Virus record (IMG/VR): IMGVR_UViG_3300045988_093617 | Span: 1 to 38,374 of that record | Strand: one strand, 5' to 3' | Source of the DNA: a virus | Length of the DNA: 38,374 nucleotides | Part shown: one piece after another, positions 16,650-25,931 of the stretch | Numbering within the stretch: the first letter of the stretch is position 1 | How the letters are laid out: each line of letters starts with the position of its first letter | Notes under the pieces: generated by a model | What the model was told of the DNA's origin: nothing | Databases searched by the model: none | The model's input: only the letters and a program-made list of their open reading frames with translations | Position numbers and translations under genes: made by a program

Positions 16650-17324
16650 TTAGTTCATCGCCATAGCGATTTCGATTTCTTTAAGCTTTCTTTCTTCCTC
16701 GTCTGTGTTTTTAATCAATTCTTTTGGAGTGTGCTTGTAGTTTAAGACTGATGTTCCAAAGTCATTTTTTACAGTAGATGCATTTGTAACCTGGATATTA
16801 AAAATCTCACTTGCAGATTTGCCAGTGAGCCAAGTTTCTTTGTCTATTAAGTTGTTGATTTCCTCTGCTGTCTTACCTTCTACTGCTTTGGTCATGTAGG
16901 TTTCTACAAGTCCTTTTTGGAGTTCGTCCAAAGTGTCTGCCCACTTGAGTAGGTCTTCAGAATTTCCCATAACTCCCACCATTGGCTTGTGTATCATAAG
17001 ATAAGCATTTGACGGCATTTCAATCTCATCACAGCCAAAGGCTATAATTGATGCGGCAGATGCTGCAAGTCCATCAATAATTGCTTTTGTGTGTCCCTCG
17101 TGTCTTTGCAACATATTGCTTATAGCCATACCTGCAAAGAGATCGCCGCCACCAGATGATATGATGACATCGATGTTTTTCTTGGCATCTTTTAAAAGGT
17201 CTCTTATGTCCTGTGGATAAGTTTCTACATCCTCACTCCAGGCCCAACCTCGCCAAGCATCGTCGACTATATCTCCACTTACAAAGATTGTAGTTTTATC
17301 TGCTTCATTTTTAACTTTGATCAC
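16650..17324 (-). CDS. Head maturation protease, ClpP-like (S14), 224 aa
   Basis: SSGGGDLFAGMAI...GLAASAASII...MIHKP pattern of ClpP-type prohead proteases. Confidence 0.8.
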   Translation of the reverse strand: MIKVKNEADKTTIFVSGDIVDDAWRGWAWSEDVETYPQDIRDLLKDAKKNIDVIISSGGGDLFAGMAISNMLQRHEGHTKAIIDGLAASAASIIAFGCDEIEMPSNAYLMIHKPMVGVMGNSEDLLKWADTLDELQKGLVETYMTKAVEGKTAEEINNLIDKETWLTGKSASEIFNIQVTNASTVKNDFGTSVLNYKHTPKELIKNTDEEERKLKEIEIAMAMN

Positions 17325-18562
17325 TATTTCTCACCCCCTTTTTCGTATGCTTTTCCTATATTATCAATTGGCACATAAGTACCATTAACCATAAGGACAT
17401 CTCCACCATCAATCTTTGGCATACCAGAATAGATCCTTGCTTCGTTTGGAGTGTAAATTCCACCTGATACATACTTTTGTAGGGCCTCTGCTTGAGATTT
17501 TAAATCTCCTCTTAGGATAGTCGCTACGTTAAATTCAGTGTGTACTCCCCTATTAATTTCATCCTCAAATAGTAATTTGTAGTCAAATTCTTCTTCGTAT
17601 TTTTTGAGGATAACCAAGAGTGTATCAATTAAAAAAGTCAAGTTTTGCATCTCCGAAGAGTTATAACTTGACTTATCATAGTTATTTAATTGATTTGGTT
17701 TTATCCCAAAAGCCGCCGCAATTTGTAAGCCTGTAAACTTTCTAAGTTCAAAAAATTGTGCATCTGTAAGTTTGATATCAAGTGGAGTAAGTTTCATTCC
17801 CAAAGGTATAGGCACGATGTTGCCATTGTCCTTATCCCTTACAAATTCTGTTATAGTCCTTACAAGTTCTTTTTTCTTGTCCTTGTTAAGTTCTCCCGTG
17901 TATTCCAGGATTGCATTGGCAGTAAGTCCTCGACTGTATAAATCATTGAGATACTTTTGTGCTTCTATGGATCCCCTTATTGTTCCTGCAAGTTCCTCTG
18001 CAATTGATGTCCCAACTATCCCATCTCTTGACAGTCCACCTTTTAAGTGGATAATTTCCTTGTCCTGGTAGTAGTAGTCCTTGCCCTTGTCGCTGTACTT
18101 GTAGTAGTACTTAGTAAGTTGGCTTAGGATATGTCCATCATCAACAACTACTTTGACCTTTCTTGGGTCTAACGGATGCAGTCCAACTCTCTTATTGCCG
18201 TTGGTTTCTATCAAGGCATAAGCATTTCCATAGTGGTTTCGGTTAAACTCCATCAAGGTTTTAAAGTCTGTAGGAGTCATAAAGGGATTTGGTCTTACTT
18301 TTAAGAGATAGTTTATATCGCTATCAGTGATTTTTATTCCTTCTCCATCTTTCAAGTGGATTGATAACTTACCTATGGACTCACTAAGGATTTTTAGACA
18401 AATGTAATAAGTTATTTCTGATGTATTTGCTTTTGTGATTAGGCTTTCAATGTTTTCTCCTGTACTGATGTTTATAGTTTCCCAGCCATCTGTCTCATTC
18501 TTCCAAGCAAAGGTGTTTTTAACTGCTCTTCCAAAGTTTTTAATTATTCCCATCTTTCTCAC
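17324..18562 (-). CDS. Portal protein, HK97 family, 412 aa
   Basis: Size and position between TerL and the protease. Met4 (18553) is an alternative start. Confidence 0.8.
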   Translation of the reverse strand: MRKMGIIKNFGRAVKNTFAWKNETDGWETINISTGENIESLITKANTSEITYYICLKILSESIGKLSIHLKDGEGIKITDSDINYLLKVRPNPFMTPTDFKTLMEFNRNHYGNAYALIETNGNKRVGLHPLDPRKVKVVVDDGHILSQLTKYYYKYSDKGKDYYYQDKEIIHLKGGLSRDGIVGTSIAEELAGTIRGSIEAQKYLNDLYSRGLTANAILEYTGELNKDKKKELVRTITEFVRDKDNGNIVPIPLGMKLTPLDIKLTDAQFFELRKFTGLQIAAAFGIKPNQLNNYDKSSYNSSEMQNLTFLIDTLLVILKKYEEEFDYKLLFEDEINRGVHTEFNVATILRGDLKSQAEALQKYVSGGIYTPNEARIYSGMPKIDGGDVLMVNGTYVPIDNIGKAYEKGGEK

Positions 18563-20282
18563 CGCCTTTCTCTTTCATAATTTCAAGCCATTCTTCTATG
18601 TCTGTTTCTGCGTTATATCTCTCAGTATTATCTATCGCCATAGCTAACTTCCAGGCATCTATGACAGCATCTACAACGTCAATCCTGTCTGTGTTAGTCT
18701 CTTTCATGACCTTAATTTCCCCAAAGGAGTTTTGCGTGGTCTTAGCATTGGCAAAGGACCATCTAAACAGGTCATTGTGTTTGTCATACTTAACTTGTAG
18801 AGCTTGTATCGATAACTGTAAATCTACAGTGGCATCATTTAAGGACTTAGCAGATTGGACTATTTCCACTAAGTCGCAGTTTAAAAAGTCTAAGTCAGCC
18901 AAAAAAGCATTGGCATTGTGACCATCATAACCACAAGCTGTAATTACTAAGTTAAAGTCCTCAATTAACTTTTTTAAGTGACTAATGATGTACTTGTAGT
19001 CTGTTTTCAGACCAAAAACACCCTCTGTTAATGTTAGATAACCCTGCCTTGCCCACATTCTGTAAGGTGCCTCGTCTGTCTTTTCGTGTTCCTCTAACCT
19101 CAAAATCGGCATAAAAGAGTGAGAATAGACATAGTAATAGTCTCCAAATTTAAAGACTAAGGCTATTGAGGTTAAGTCTCCACCTGATGACAAGTCAATC
19201 CCAAGTATGCACTCTTGACCCTTGAAATCTTCTAAGGTTAAGTCAGATTCACACTCTTTGAACTTATCAAGGTCTACATATCCTGCTCCAGAGTATTTAA
19301 CCCAAACATTTAAGGACTTGGTCATGAAGTTTATTAACTCTTGACCACCTTTTTCCTTGGCATCTATAGCCTTTTCGGACATATCCTTGACCTTCTCCAT
19401 GTTATAGGAGTTGTCCTCATTCCATAATAGGAGTGGATTGGCTTTTGCCCAGTTTTTATAGTCCCAAATGTCGTCATCTTCGTCCATTTCAGCGATGTAA
19501 ATAAAAAGGGATTCCTTTTCTACTACACCAGATAGGACTTTCTTGGCAAGCTCGTATTGTTCATAGCAGGGACTATTGATGTTAAATCCTGCCGTTGTTA
19601 TGGCTAAGGTTAGTGGACTTCCCACACTTATTTGACCATCAAGCATAAGCTTATACATTTGGTTGTTAGGATGAGCGTGGTACTCATCGATTATAGCCAG
19701 GATTGACCTAAAGCCATCTGCAGACTTGGTATCTCTACCAACTGACTTTATCTCAGTCCCTGTTATTTTTGATGTTATTGTCCTTTCGTGCCTTCTAATT
19801 CTGTATAACTCTGCAAGTTCCTCGTCGGCAATTATAAATTTTTCAACCTCATCCCAAACGATGTTAGCTTGGTCTTGCTTAGTGGCTGCACAGTAGATTT
19901 TACCTTTTTGGTAGCCAGAGAATGTTGCACGATTATTGATTTCAGTTCCTGACAAAAAGGACTTGCCGTTTTGTCTTGCCATTTGTACATAGGCTTCCCT
20001 AAATCTCAACTTCTTACTTCGTTTTTTTCTCCAGCCGTGTAAGGATCCAATTATGAAGTTTTGAAAGCCCCTGGTTTTTAACCTGGTAGGCTCCATCCCC
20101 TCAAGGATAGTGAGTTCATTTGCTATGTTTATTGCTCTTTCAGATAGTTCGACATCCCAAACATAGTCAAAGTCTTTTCTCTCCAGGTCCCTTAAGTGCC
20201 TTTTACAGCAGTCAATCTCGGCTTGTCCCTTTAAGACTTTGCCGCTGACTACTAACTTGGCATATTCTGTTACTCTATCCAT
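18540..20282 (-). CDS. terL: Terminase large subunit, 580 aa
   Basis: Size and position. Walker A-like VQMARQNGKS, Walker B-like AIIDEYH, and a C-terminal nuclease region GIDLSSGGDLTS. Confidence 0.85.
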   Translation of the reverse strand: MDRVTEYAKLVVSGKVLKGQAEIDCCKRHLRDLERKDFDYVWDVELSERAINIANELTILEGMEPTRLKTRGFQNFIIGSLHGWRKKRSKKLRFREAYVQMARQNGKSFLSGTEINNRATFSGYQKGKIYCAATKQDQANIVWDEVEKFIIADEELAELYRIRRHERTITSKITGTEIKSVGRDTKSADGFRSILAIIDEYHAHPNNQMYKLMLDGQISVGSPLTLAITTAGFNINSPCYEQYELAKKVLSGVVEKESLFIYIAEMDEDDDIWDYKNWAKANPLLLWNEDNSYNMEKVKDMSEKAIDAKEKGGQELINFMTKSLNVWVKYSGAGYVDLDKFKECESDLTLEDFKGQECILGIDLSSGGDLTSIALVFKFGDYYYVYSHSFMPILRLEEHEKTDEAPYRMWARQGYLTLTEGVFGLKTDYKYIISHLKKLIEDFNLVITACGYDGHNANAFLADLDFLNCDLVEIVQSAKSLNDATVDLQLSIQALQVKYDKHNDLFRWSFANAKTTQNSFGEIKVMKETNTDRIDVVDAVIDAWKLAMAIDNTERYNAETDIEEWLEIMKEKGGEKDGNN

Positions 20283-20742
20283 CTAAATATCTTAGATACT
20301 TGTTAGTCTCGCTTTCTTCTTTGATAGGGACAATTAATTTAAGTCTATCAGTTGTTGCAAGTCCTAACTTCCCGGAGCAAGTCATTATTTGCTTGATGAT
20401 TTTATCCTGAGCATTTATGAGTGGAGATATCTTGTTATCTTCTGTAACATACCTGTAAGTGATTTCTTCTCTTTGGATTTCTTCCGTCACTTCCAGGTAT
20501 TGAGAATAAGCGTTGCAATAGATGGCAAGTATTGACAAGTCAAGATTGTCTAAGATTTCAATTTTGCTTGCTTCTTCTACTACCCTTGCAAATTCCAATT
20601 TTGCAGTTTCTGAAAGATAGGCAGGTGCTTTAAGATTTTTATTATCCAGTTTGATTTTGTTTTCTTGTTCCTGTCTCTCTTTTATTTTCTCTTTTCCAAT
20701 TTTCCCAGTCGATGTTGTAGTTGTCTTTCTTGGTCTCGCCAT
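20275..20742 (-). CDS. terS: Terminase small subunit (P27-like), 155 aa (start at Met7 of track ORF)
   Basis: RBS GGTGGTGAGATT precedes ATG 20742 (MARPRKTTT...). It overlaps the terL start by 8 nt. Confidence 0.65.
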   Translation of the reverse strand: MARPRKTTTTSTGKIGKEKIKERQEQENKIKLDNKNLKAPAYLSETAKLEFARVVEEASKIEILDNLDLSILAIYCNAYSQYLEVTEEIQREEITYRYVTEDNKISPLINAQDKIIKQIMTCSGKLGLATTDRLKLIVPIKEESETNKYLRYLDG

Positions 20743-20842
20743 AATCTCACCACCTTTCACACTTAGTCCGATTTATTAAGATTGATCACAATTTTCTTGT
20801 AATAAAAAAGCACCTTGTGTTAAAAGGTACTTCCTAAAATTT

Positions 20843-21319
20843 TCAGTTTTTGGCATTTTCTCGCAAGAAAAGTCCGGCGCTGGTCTTTGAGACCTCGTCT
20901 AAAACTTTCTGACCCACCCCCGTGCCGTTTTTATTTATTCTGAATAGTAATTGTTGAGTTTTCTTTTTAGTGTCCTCATCTCGGTTATACAGTGCGTGTA
21001 TCTCTTGATGGCTCCTATCCGTCAACCAAAAAAGATTAATAACATCATAAGCCATAGACAAATCATCAGCCACCTCAATGATGTGGTGTGCCAACCTGCC
21101 CTCAACAATCTTACCCGTCTTGTAATAGATCCATAAGTCAATACCATTAGCCCTGGATTTGCAAACATTTTTTACAACAGCCCATCTCTTATCAGTGTAC
21201 ACGCTGTGGTTGTCTCGACTGTACTTGTCATAGGACTTATGATACTTACTCATGCAATCCTTACACATTTTATCAGTAATAGGAATAGACTTCCCACACT
21301 TGCATAACTTTTTAAGCAT
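20843..21319 (-). CDS. HNH endonuclease (terminase-associated), 158 aa
   Basis: N-terminal Cys pairs (CKCGK..CKDC). HNH core RLAHHIIEVADD...NLFWLTDRSHQEIH. Confidence 0.75.
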   Translation of the reverse strand: MLKKLCKCGKSIPITDKMCKDCMSKYHKSYDKYSRDNHSVYTDKRWAVVKNVCKSRANGIDLWIYYKTGKIVEGRLAHHIIEVADDLSMAYDVINLFWLTDRSHQEIHALYNRDEDTKKKTQQLLFRINKNGTGVGQKVLDEVSKTSAGLFLRENAKN

Positions 21320-21436
21320 TTCTCTTCCTTCTGTTACATCTCATGCTCCCACCCCTGCCTTATTCAAGATGTACTTTCCCTTAGCTTTGTTATACTCAAA
21401 GCTACTTCCTTTTGTATGAAGAAAATTTAGGAGGTG

Positions 21437-21471
21437 ATTAAAAATAGGAAGTCTTATTCATACTTCCCTAT
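21437..21471 (-). terminator. Rho-independent terminator separating the early/replication and packaging regions
   Basis: Minus strand reads TAGGGAAGT-atgaataag-ACTTCCTA followed by TTTTTAAT, 20 nt after the stop of 21491-22144. Confidence 0.55.
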
Positions 21472-21490
21472 TTTATATTAAAACATTAAA

Positions 21491-22144
21491 TTATTTCCCT
21501 GGTGTTGCAACATTACCAAACTTTGAAATTATTTTTTCTAACTTCTGAATATCTTTTGAAATTAAAGAAGCTGGTATATGAATTATTTTCCAATCCATGC
21601 CTAAACTTAACTGAATAACTGCTTCTCTATCTGTCTTATAAATATTCTTATGATATACTTCACCGTCAACTTCTATAATTGTTTTTATATCTTTTAAAGC
21701 AAAGTCAACTTTATATCTGCCAATCTTTTGTTGAGGTATGACCGAATGACCTAATCTAACAAGTTCTATAGCAACCATTGCTTCTGGAATACTGTCATAA
21801 TCATTTAACCTTGTTCTTGCTAATCTTATTGCGTCTTCGTAATCATCAAAATTTCTCACTTGTCTGCTAATGCTTTCTATGGCTGAATTAAATCTTTTTT
21901 CCCACTTAGTCTCAACGTTTATAAACTTATCTTCATAAGCTTTCTTTTTCCTGGTTTCGTTCCTTTTACATATAGGACAAAGATAAACTTTATCACCATT
22001 ATAAATTTGTCTTTTTATTATTGTTCCACACTCACTACAAGGTATTAAATAATTAATCACTCCATCTTTTCTACCTCTTCCAGGTCCTCTTTCTGATTTT
22101 ATTCCATCTCTTCTTGCATAGTATTCACTTAAAGTTTCATTCAT
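21491..22144 (-). CDS. Zn-ribbon + DUF559/Vsr-like (PD-(D/E)XK) endonuclease-domain protein, 217 aa
   Basis: CSECG...CPICK zinc ribbon. C-terminal half YKVDFALKDIKTIIEVDGEVYH resembles the DUF559 core. Confidence 0.45.
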   Translation of the reverse strand: MNETLSEYYARRDGIKSERGPGRGRKDGVINYLIPCSECGTIIKRQIYNGDKVYLCPICKRNETRKKKAYEDKFINVETKWEKRFNSAIESISRQVRNFDDYEDAIRLARTRLNDYDSIPEAMVAIELVRLGHSVIPQQKIGRYKVDFALKDIKTIIEVDGEVYHKNIYKTDREAVIQLSLGMDWKIIHIPASLISKDIQKLEKIISKFGNVATPGK

Positions 22145-22539
22145 ATTAAATCAAACCTTTCCGCCACCTCATGAATAAATTTGCTTTTATATCGTCCATA
22201 AGTAGATCTATCAGCATCTAGAGGATAGGCTTTATATTTCGTTATATTATCCCAAACTCCTCTTTGATATTCAGTAGGAATAACATTCAAAGAGTTCTCT
22301 ATAATTGTAACATATTTAATATACTTTTCTCTTTTAATGACCTTATTCAACACAGGATCACTTACGAAATTTGTTTTTATAAAACGATTAACATCTTTAC
22401 TATAACTCGAACTATTTAGAGTTTCTTCTAATTTTTTTTTCATTCTGTCATAATCTCTAATTATCCAAAGAGTTTGGTGGTATATCGCTCTTGGCAATTT
22501 GTATTTATTATTAATTTTTCTCTGATAGTCTCTGCCCAC
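22141..22539 (-). CDS. Possible late-gene transcriptional activator (ArpU/RinA-like position), 132 aa
   Basis: Called only from position (last early gene before the packaging region) and size. No motif is firmly recognised. Confidence 0.3.
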   Translation of the reverse strand: MGRDYQRKINNKYKLPRAIYHQTLWIIRDYDRMKKKLEETLNSSSYSKDVNRFIKTNFVSDPVLNKVIKREKYIKYVTIIENSLNVIPTEYQRGVWDNITKYKAYPLDADRSTYGRYKSKFIHEVAERFDLI

Positions 22540-22540
22540 A

Positions 22541-22939
22541 TCATGCCCCTCTTTTGCTAACTGGTATCAAGTCCCAGTCATTATTCCACTTCTCACTTAA
22601 TATAAGCTGCGCATCTTCTGGACTTCTAGCTACTCCATAGATCAGTCCTTCAGCTAATGCCCATAGCCTAAACTCTTCCTGTTCTGGACTAAGTACACCA
22701 CGTTCCCTTTTAACTTCGATAAAGAATATTTTGTGATCGCTATACCTAAAGCCCATTAAGTCTGGAGTACCTTTAGGAAACGTAGTGATCCATCTAGTAG
22801 TACCACCACTCTTAGCCTTGAAAGTTCCCGTCACCACGTTGTATACCTTAGCCACTGGAGACAGCACTGCTCTTATACAGCCTTTAATATCTGTTTCAGG
22901 AATTGGCTTACCTGTTAAATCGTAACCTTGTTTAATCAT
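22541..22939 (-). CDS. VRR-NUC domain nuclease, 132 aa
   Basis: PDLMGF...IFFIEVKRERGVLSPEQEEF fits the VRR-NUC D..(E)VK..Q pattern. Confidence 0.65.
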   Translation of the reverse strand: MIKQGYDLTGKPIPETDIKGCIRAVLSPVAKVYNVVTGTFKAKSGGTTRWITTFPKGTPDLMGFRYSDHKIFFIEVKRERGVLSPEQEEFRLWALAEGLIYGVARSPEDAQLILSEKWNNDWDLIPVSKRGA

Positions 22940-23708
22940 TCAGTATGTCCTCAAATAGCTTTCTTTTATTTTGCCCAATGGATTTTCTAAGAGGTGTAAC
23001 TGCTACTTCAAATGGTTGGCACATCTCTGCAATTCTATCAAAGGTCCTTGCGACTCCATCTTGACCAGTCAGTCTTTGCTCCAATGTCTTCAAGTCCAAG
23101 TTTGTAGTTACTATTAAAGGCTTCTCTGCTCTATATCTGAAATCTATAATTTCATAAAGCTTAGCCTTTGCCCAAGAGTTGACCTCTTCTGCTCCTAAAT
23201 CATCTATGATTAAAAGTTCCGCATCTTGTAGTGTTCTTAAAAAAGTATCTGTTCCCTCTTGTCCGAAGCTTGACAGCTCTCTTAACCTTTGTAAGATTCT
23301 TGATGAAGTAGTTGCTATAACTGACACTCCTTTATCTAACAAATGATTTGCTATGCAAAAGCTTAGATAACTCTTACCAGTACCAGGTGCACCATAGATC
23401 AGTAGGCCTATATTCTCTTCTCGCATACGATTAAACTTAGTAGCATACTTCAAAGCCAAGTTTTTATATTTTGAATTTTCTTTTGTTATTTTAAAATTTT
23501 CAAAGGTGCAGCTTTCAAATCTCTTATCCATCAAAGAGTTAATCTTTAATCTTTTAAGTCTTTCCATCTTTTCTCTTTCTCTGTCTTCTTGTAGGAGTCT
23601 TTCTCTTTCTTTGTCTTCTTCTTCGCTTAATACTCTTACTCTAAATGCCTGACCTAAGACATATATTGTCTTAAAGGTCGAGTGGTTTGTACCAATCGTA
23701 TTTGTCAT
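22932..23708 (-). CDS. DnaC/IstB-like AAA+ helicase loader, 258 aa
   Basis: Walker A GAPGTGKS and Walker B LLIIDDLGAE. Confidence 0.8.
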   Translation of the reverse strand: MTNTIGTNHSTFKTIYVLGQAFRVRVLSEEEDKERERLLQEDREREKMERLKRLKINSLMDKRFESCTFENFKITKENSKYKNLALKYATKFNRMREENIGLLIYGAPGTGKSYLSFCIANHLLDKGVSVIATTSSRILQRLRELSSFGQEGTDTFLRTLQDAELLIIDDLGAEEVNSWAKAKLYEIIDFRYRAEKPLIVTTNLDLKTLEQRLTGQDGVARTFDRIAEMCQPFEVAVTPLRKSIGQNKRKLFEDILND

Positions 23709-24393
23709 CTTTCACCTCTTCTTTCTTTTCGTAATCTTTATATTTATCTTCTGTGATTGAATTAAAAAACTTCTTACTGATTTTATTAAGGTCAATGTTC
23801 TCTTTTAACCAAGTGCTTTCGTTTATCTTTTCTGCAAGCAGTTTGATATTATCCGCTCCATAAGTTTTAATTAATTTTTTCACTGATGATTGAGAGATTT
23901 TTTTGTTGAGTGTCCGCTCTAATATATTTAATATATATATCTCATCATCATCATTATTATCATTATTAATCATTATTCTTTCATTATTGTTTATGTTCCT
24001 CAGTTGTTCCTCAGTTGTTCCTCGGTTGTTCTTCAGTTGTTCCTTTTGAGTATTATCATCTTGATAAAAGTTGTAATTTACAATGGTTATAGTGGTGTAT
24101 TTACCTTGTTCCTTTTTTGCGATTATCATTCCATCTTCTTCTAACAAATTTAAAAAGTTAGTTACTTTTTTTCTTGACCACTTCCATCTTTCGGCTAACT
24201 TATTTACGCTTGTAATTCGCTGACCTCTTTTGATTGTTTCAAGTTTGCCATTGATTAAAACTTTCTTATCCTCGTGGTTCACCATCAAAAGCAGGTCAAT
24301 CCATGCAGATCTTTTATCAAATTCTTCCTTATCGGTCCAAATCCAGTGATTAAATAAGCTTCTATGAATACTTATCCAGCCTTGACTTGCCAC
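23671..24393 (-). CDS. Replisome organiser / replication initiator (N-terminal winged-helix, DnaD-like C-terminus), 240 aa
   Basis: N-terminus WISIHRSLFNHWIW...RGQRITSVNKLAERWKWSRKKVTNFL is typical of phage replication proteins. It contains iterons and lies upstream of the DnaC-like gene. Confidence 0.6.
   Translation of the reverse strand: MASQGWISIHRSLFNHWIWTDKEEFDKRSAWIDLLLMVNHEDKKVLINGKLETIKRGQRITSVNKLAERWKWSRKKVTNFLNLLEEDGMIIAKKEQGKYTTITIVNYNFYQDDNTQKEQLKNNRGTTEEQLRNINNNERIMINNDNNDDDEIYILNILERTLNKKISQSSVKKLIKTYGADNIKLLAEKINESTWLKENIDLNKISKKFFNSITEDKYKDYEKKEEVKDDKYDWYKPLDL
23990..24044. repeat. Iteron array: about 4.6 x 11-bp CAGTTGTTCCT (putative origin)
   Basis: Units at 24001-11, 24012-22, 24023-33 (cggttgttctt) and 24034-44, plus a partial unit at 23990-24000. 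The adjacent AT-rich tract 23941-23989 carries repeated CATTATT. Confidence 0.55.
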
Positions 24394-24405
24394 GAAATCA
24401 CCACC

Positions 24406-25119
24406 TTAACAAATTTCTATAGGTACACCTGTAAGTTCTTGCAGGCTCTCTTTGATGACCTTGGCATCAGAATTAGCATCTGATAAATGCAAAACATAAA
24501 TTTTTTTAAGCCTTGATAAATTGCATTTTTCTAATAAGTCGATTGCAGTTTCTAAAGACATGTGATTTCTTTTAATTCTCTCTCTTAAAGCAGGGTTTAA
24601 ATTGTCGCTCTTATTAATTGTTTCTTTTACATAGTTAACTTCAATCATGAAGTAAGTTGGGTTAAAGCTATATATTGAATATTGAGTATCTGTAATAAAT
24701 ACTAATTCTTCTTTTGCCAATGTGTCATAGATAACGAATCCTACTGGTTCTCTTGCATCATGGATTGTTTCAAAAACTTTAACCTTAAAACTCCCAATTT
24801 CAAAGAAGCCCATATCGCGATTAATGTATTTAGAGTAAAAGTCAATTATTTTAACTCTATGACTCTCTAAATTCAAAGCTTCTTTAGTTCCTTTCGTCAT
24901 GTATAGATCTATGCCAGCCTTGATTAAATCTTTACAAGCTTTTGAGTGATCGCCGTGCTCGTGGCTGACTAAAACTCCGTCTATATCAGTAGTCTTAAAA
25001 TTTAACACTTCTTGTATTCTTTTATAAGGAATACCACACTCAATCAAGAGTGTAGTATCCTCATTGCTTATCTTGTAGCAGTTACCAGAACTGCCACTTG
25101 CAATTATTTCAATTTCCAT
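24406..25119 (-). CDS. MBL-fold metallo-hydrolase, 237 aa
   Basis: HEHGDH motif. Confidence 0.75.
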   Translation of the reverse strand: MEIEIIASGSSGNCYKISNEDTTLLIECGIPYKRIQEVLNFKTTDIDGVLVSHEHGDHSKACKDLIKAGIDLYMTKGTKEALNLESHRVKIIDFYSKYINRDMGFFEIGSFKVKVFETIHDAREPVGFVIYDTLAKEELVFITDTQYSIYSFNPTYFMIEVNYVKETINKSDNLNPALRERIKRNHMSLETAIDLLEKCNLSRLKKIYVLHLSDANSDAKVIKESLQELTGVPIEIC

Positions 25120-25124
25120 ATCTT

Positions 25125-25931
25125 TTAAAATGGCGCTTCTGCTTCTTCAATGATTTCGCCAGTATCAGGATTTACCTCAATGGTTTTTTCTGGACCTGCC
25201 ATTTCAAGCATAGCGTTCTCTTCTGTAGCTTTTAATACTTCTTCGTCTTCTTCTCTCTTAGCTGCTTCCTGAAATTCAGTAGTTAAAACTCCATATTTTG
25301 TGAGAAGTCTTCTAAGCACTGTCTTTTGTGCCATTTCATCAAATTGATTCTTCCAAGGACTGTAATCACTTCCGAAAGATTGAGAGTATCTTTTTGCGTG
25401 GTTTGTTATATCTTCTTTGCTCATGAAGAGTGCTTTTTCATATCCGTTTAAAAGTTGGAAATATGCGAAATATCCTATCGCTTTGTCTGATTTAGGTTCT
25501 CCTACGATTTCAAAAGTTCCTCTCAAAAAGTCTTTTTTAATTTCCATTCCCTCAAACATTATTCCAGCGTTTAAAGCCTTATATTGTCCGCTTCTTTGTG
25601 CCATTTGAATATATCCCTTATATCCTATTTGGAATTGTGGTGTTAATTTGTTTTTATTCTTAAATGGCACAATGTAGGCATAGCCAAGACTTTTATTAAT
25701 CGGCAAGTTAAGAGTTGCCGCTTTTAAAGCTTCCATTGCGACTTCTTTCGGGTCGCAGTTTTGAAGATAGTTGTCGCCATTGTAAAGGTCAATTATTGAA
25801 GCTATGAATCTGTCTTTATTTTCCTTCAGAGCATCTGCAAATAAGTTTTGCATGCCTTGATTTGCCAAAAGATTCTTCATTTGGTTAACTGGACTTAGTT
25901 GTCTTTGTTCTTGTTTTTGTATATTTGTCAT
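25125..25931 (-). CDS. recT: RecT-family single-strand annealing protein, 268 aa
   Basis: QFQIGYKGYIQMAQRSGQYK and overall RecT-like pattern. Confidence 0.75.
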   Translation of the reverse strand: MTNIQKQEQRQLSPVNQMKNLLANQGMQNLFADALKENKDRFIASIIDLYNGDNYLQNCDPKEVAMEALKAATLNLPINKSLGYAYIVPFKNKNKLTPQFQIGYKGYIQMAQRSGQYKALNAGIMFEGMEIKKDFLRGTFEIVGEPKSDKAIGYFAYFQLLNGYEKALFMSKEDITNHAKRYSQSFGSDYSPWKNQFDEMAQKTVLRRLLTKYGVLTTEFQEAAKREEDEEVLKATEENAMLEMAGPEKTIEVNPDTGEIIEEAEAPF

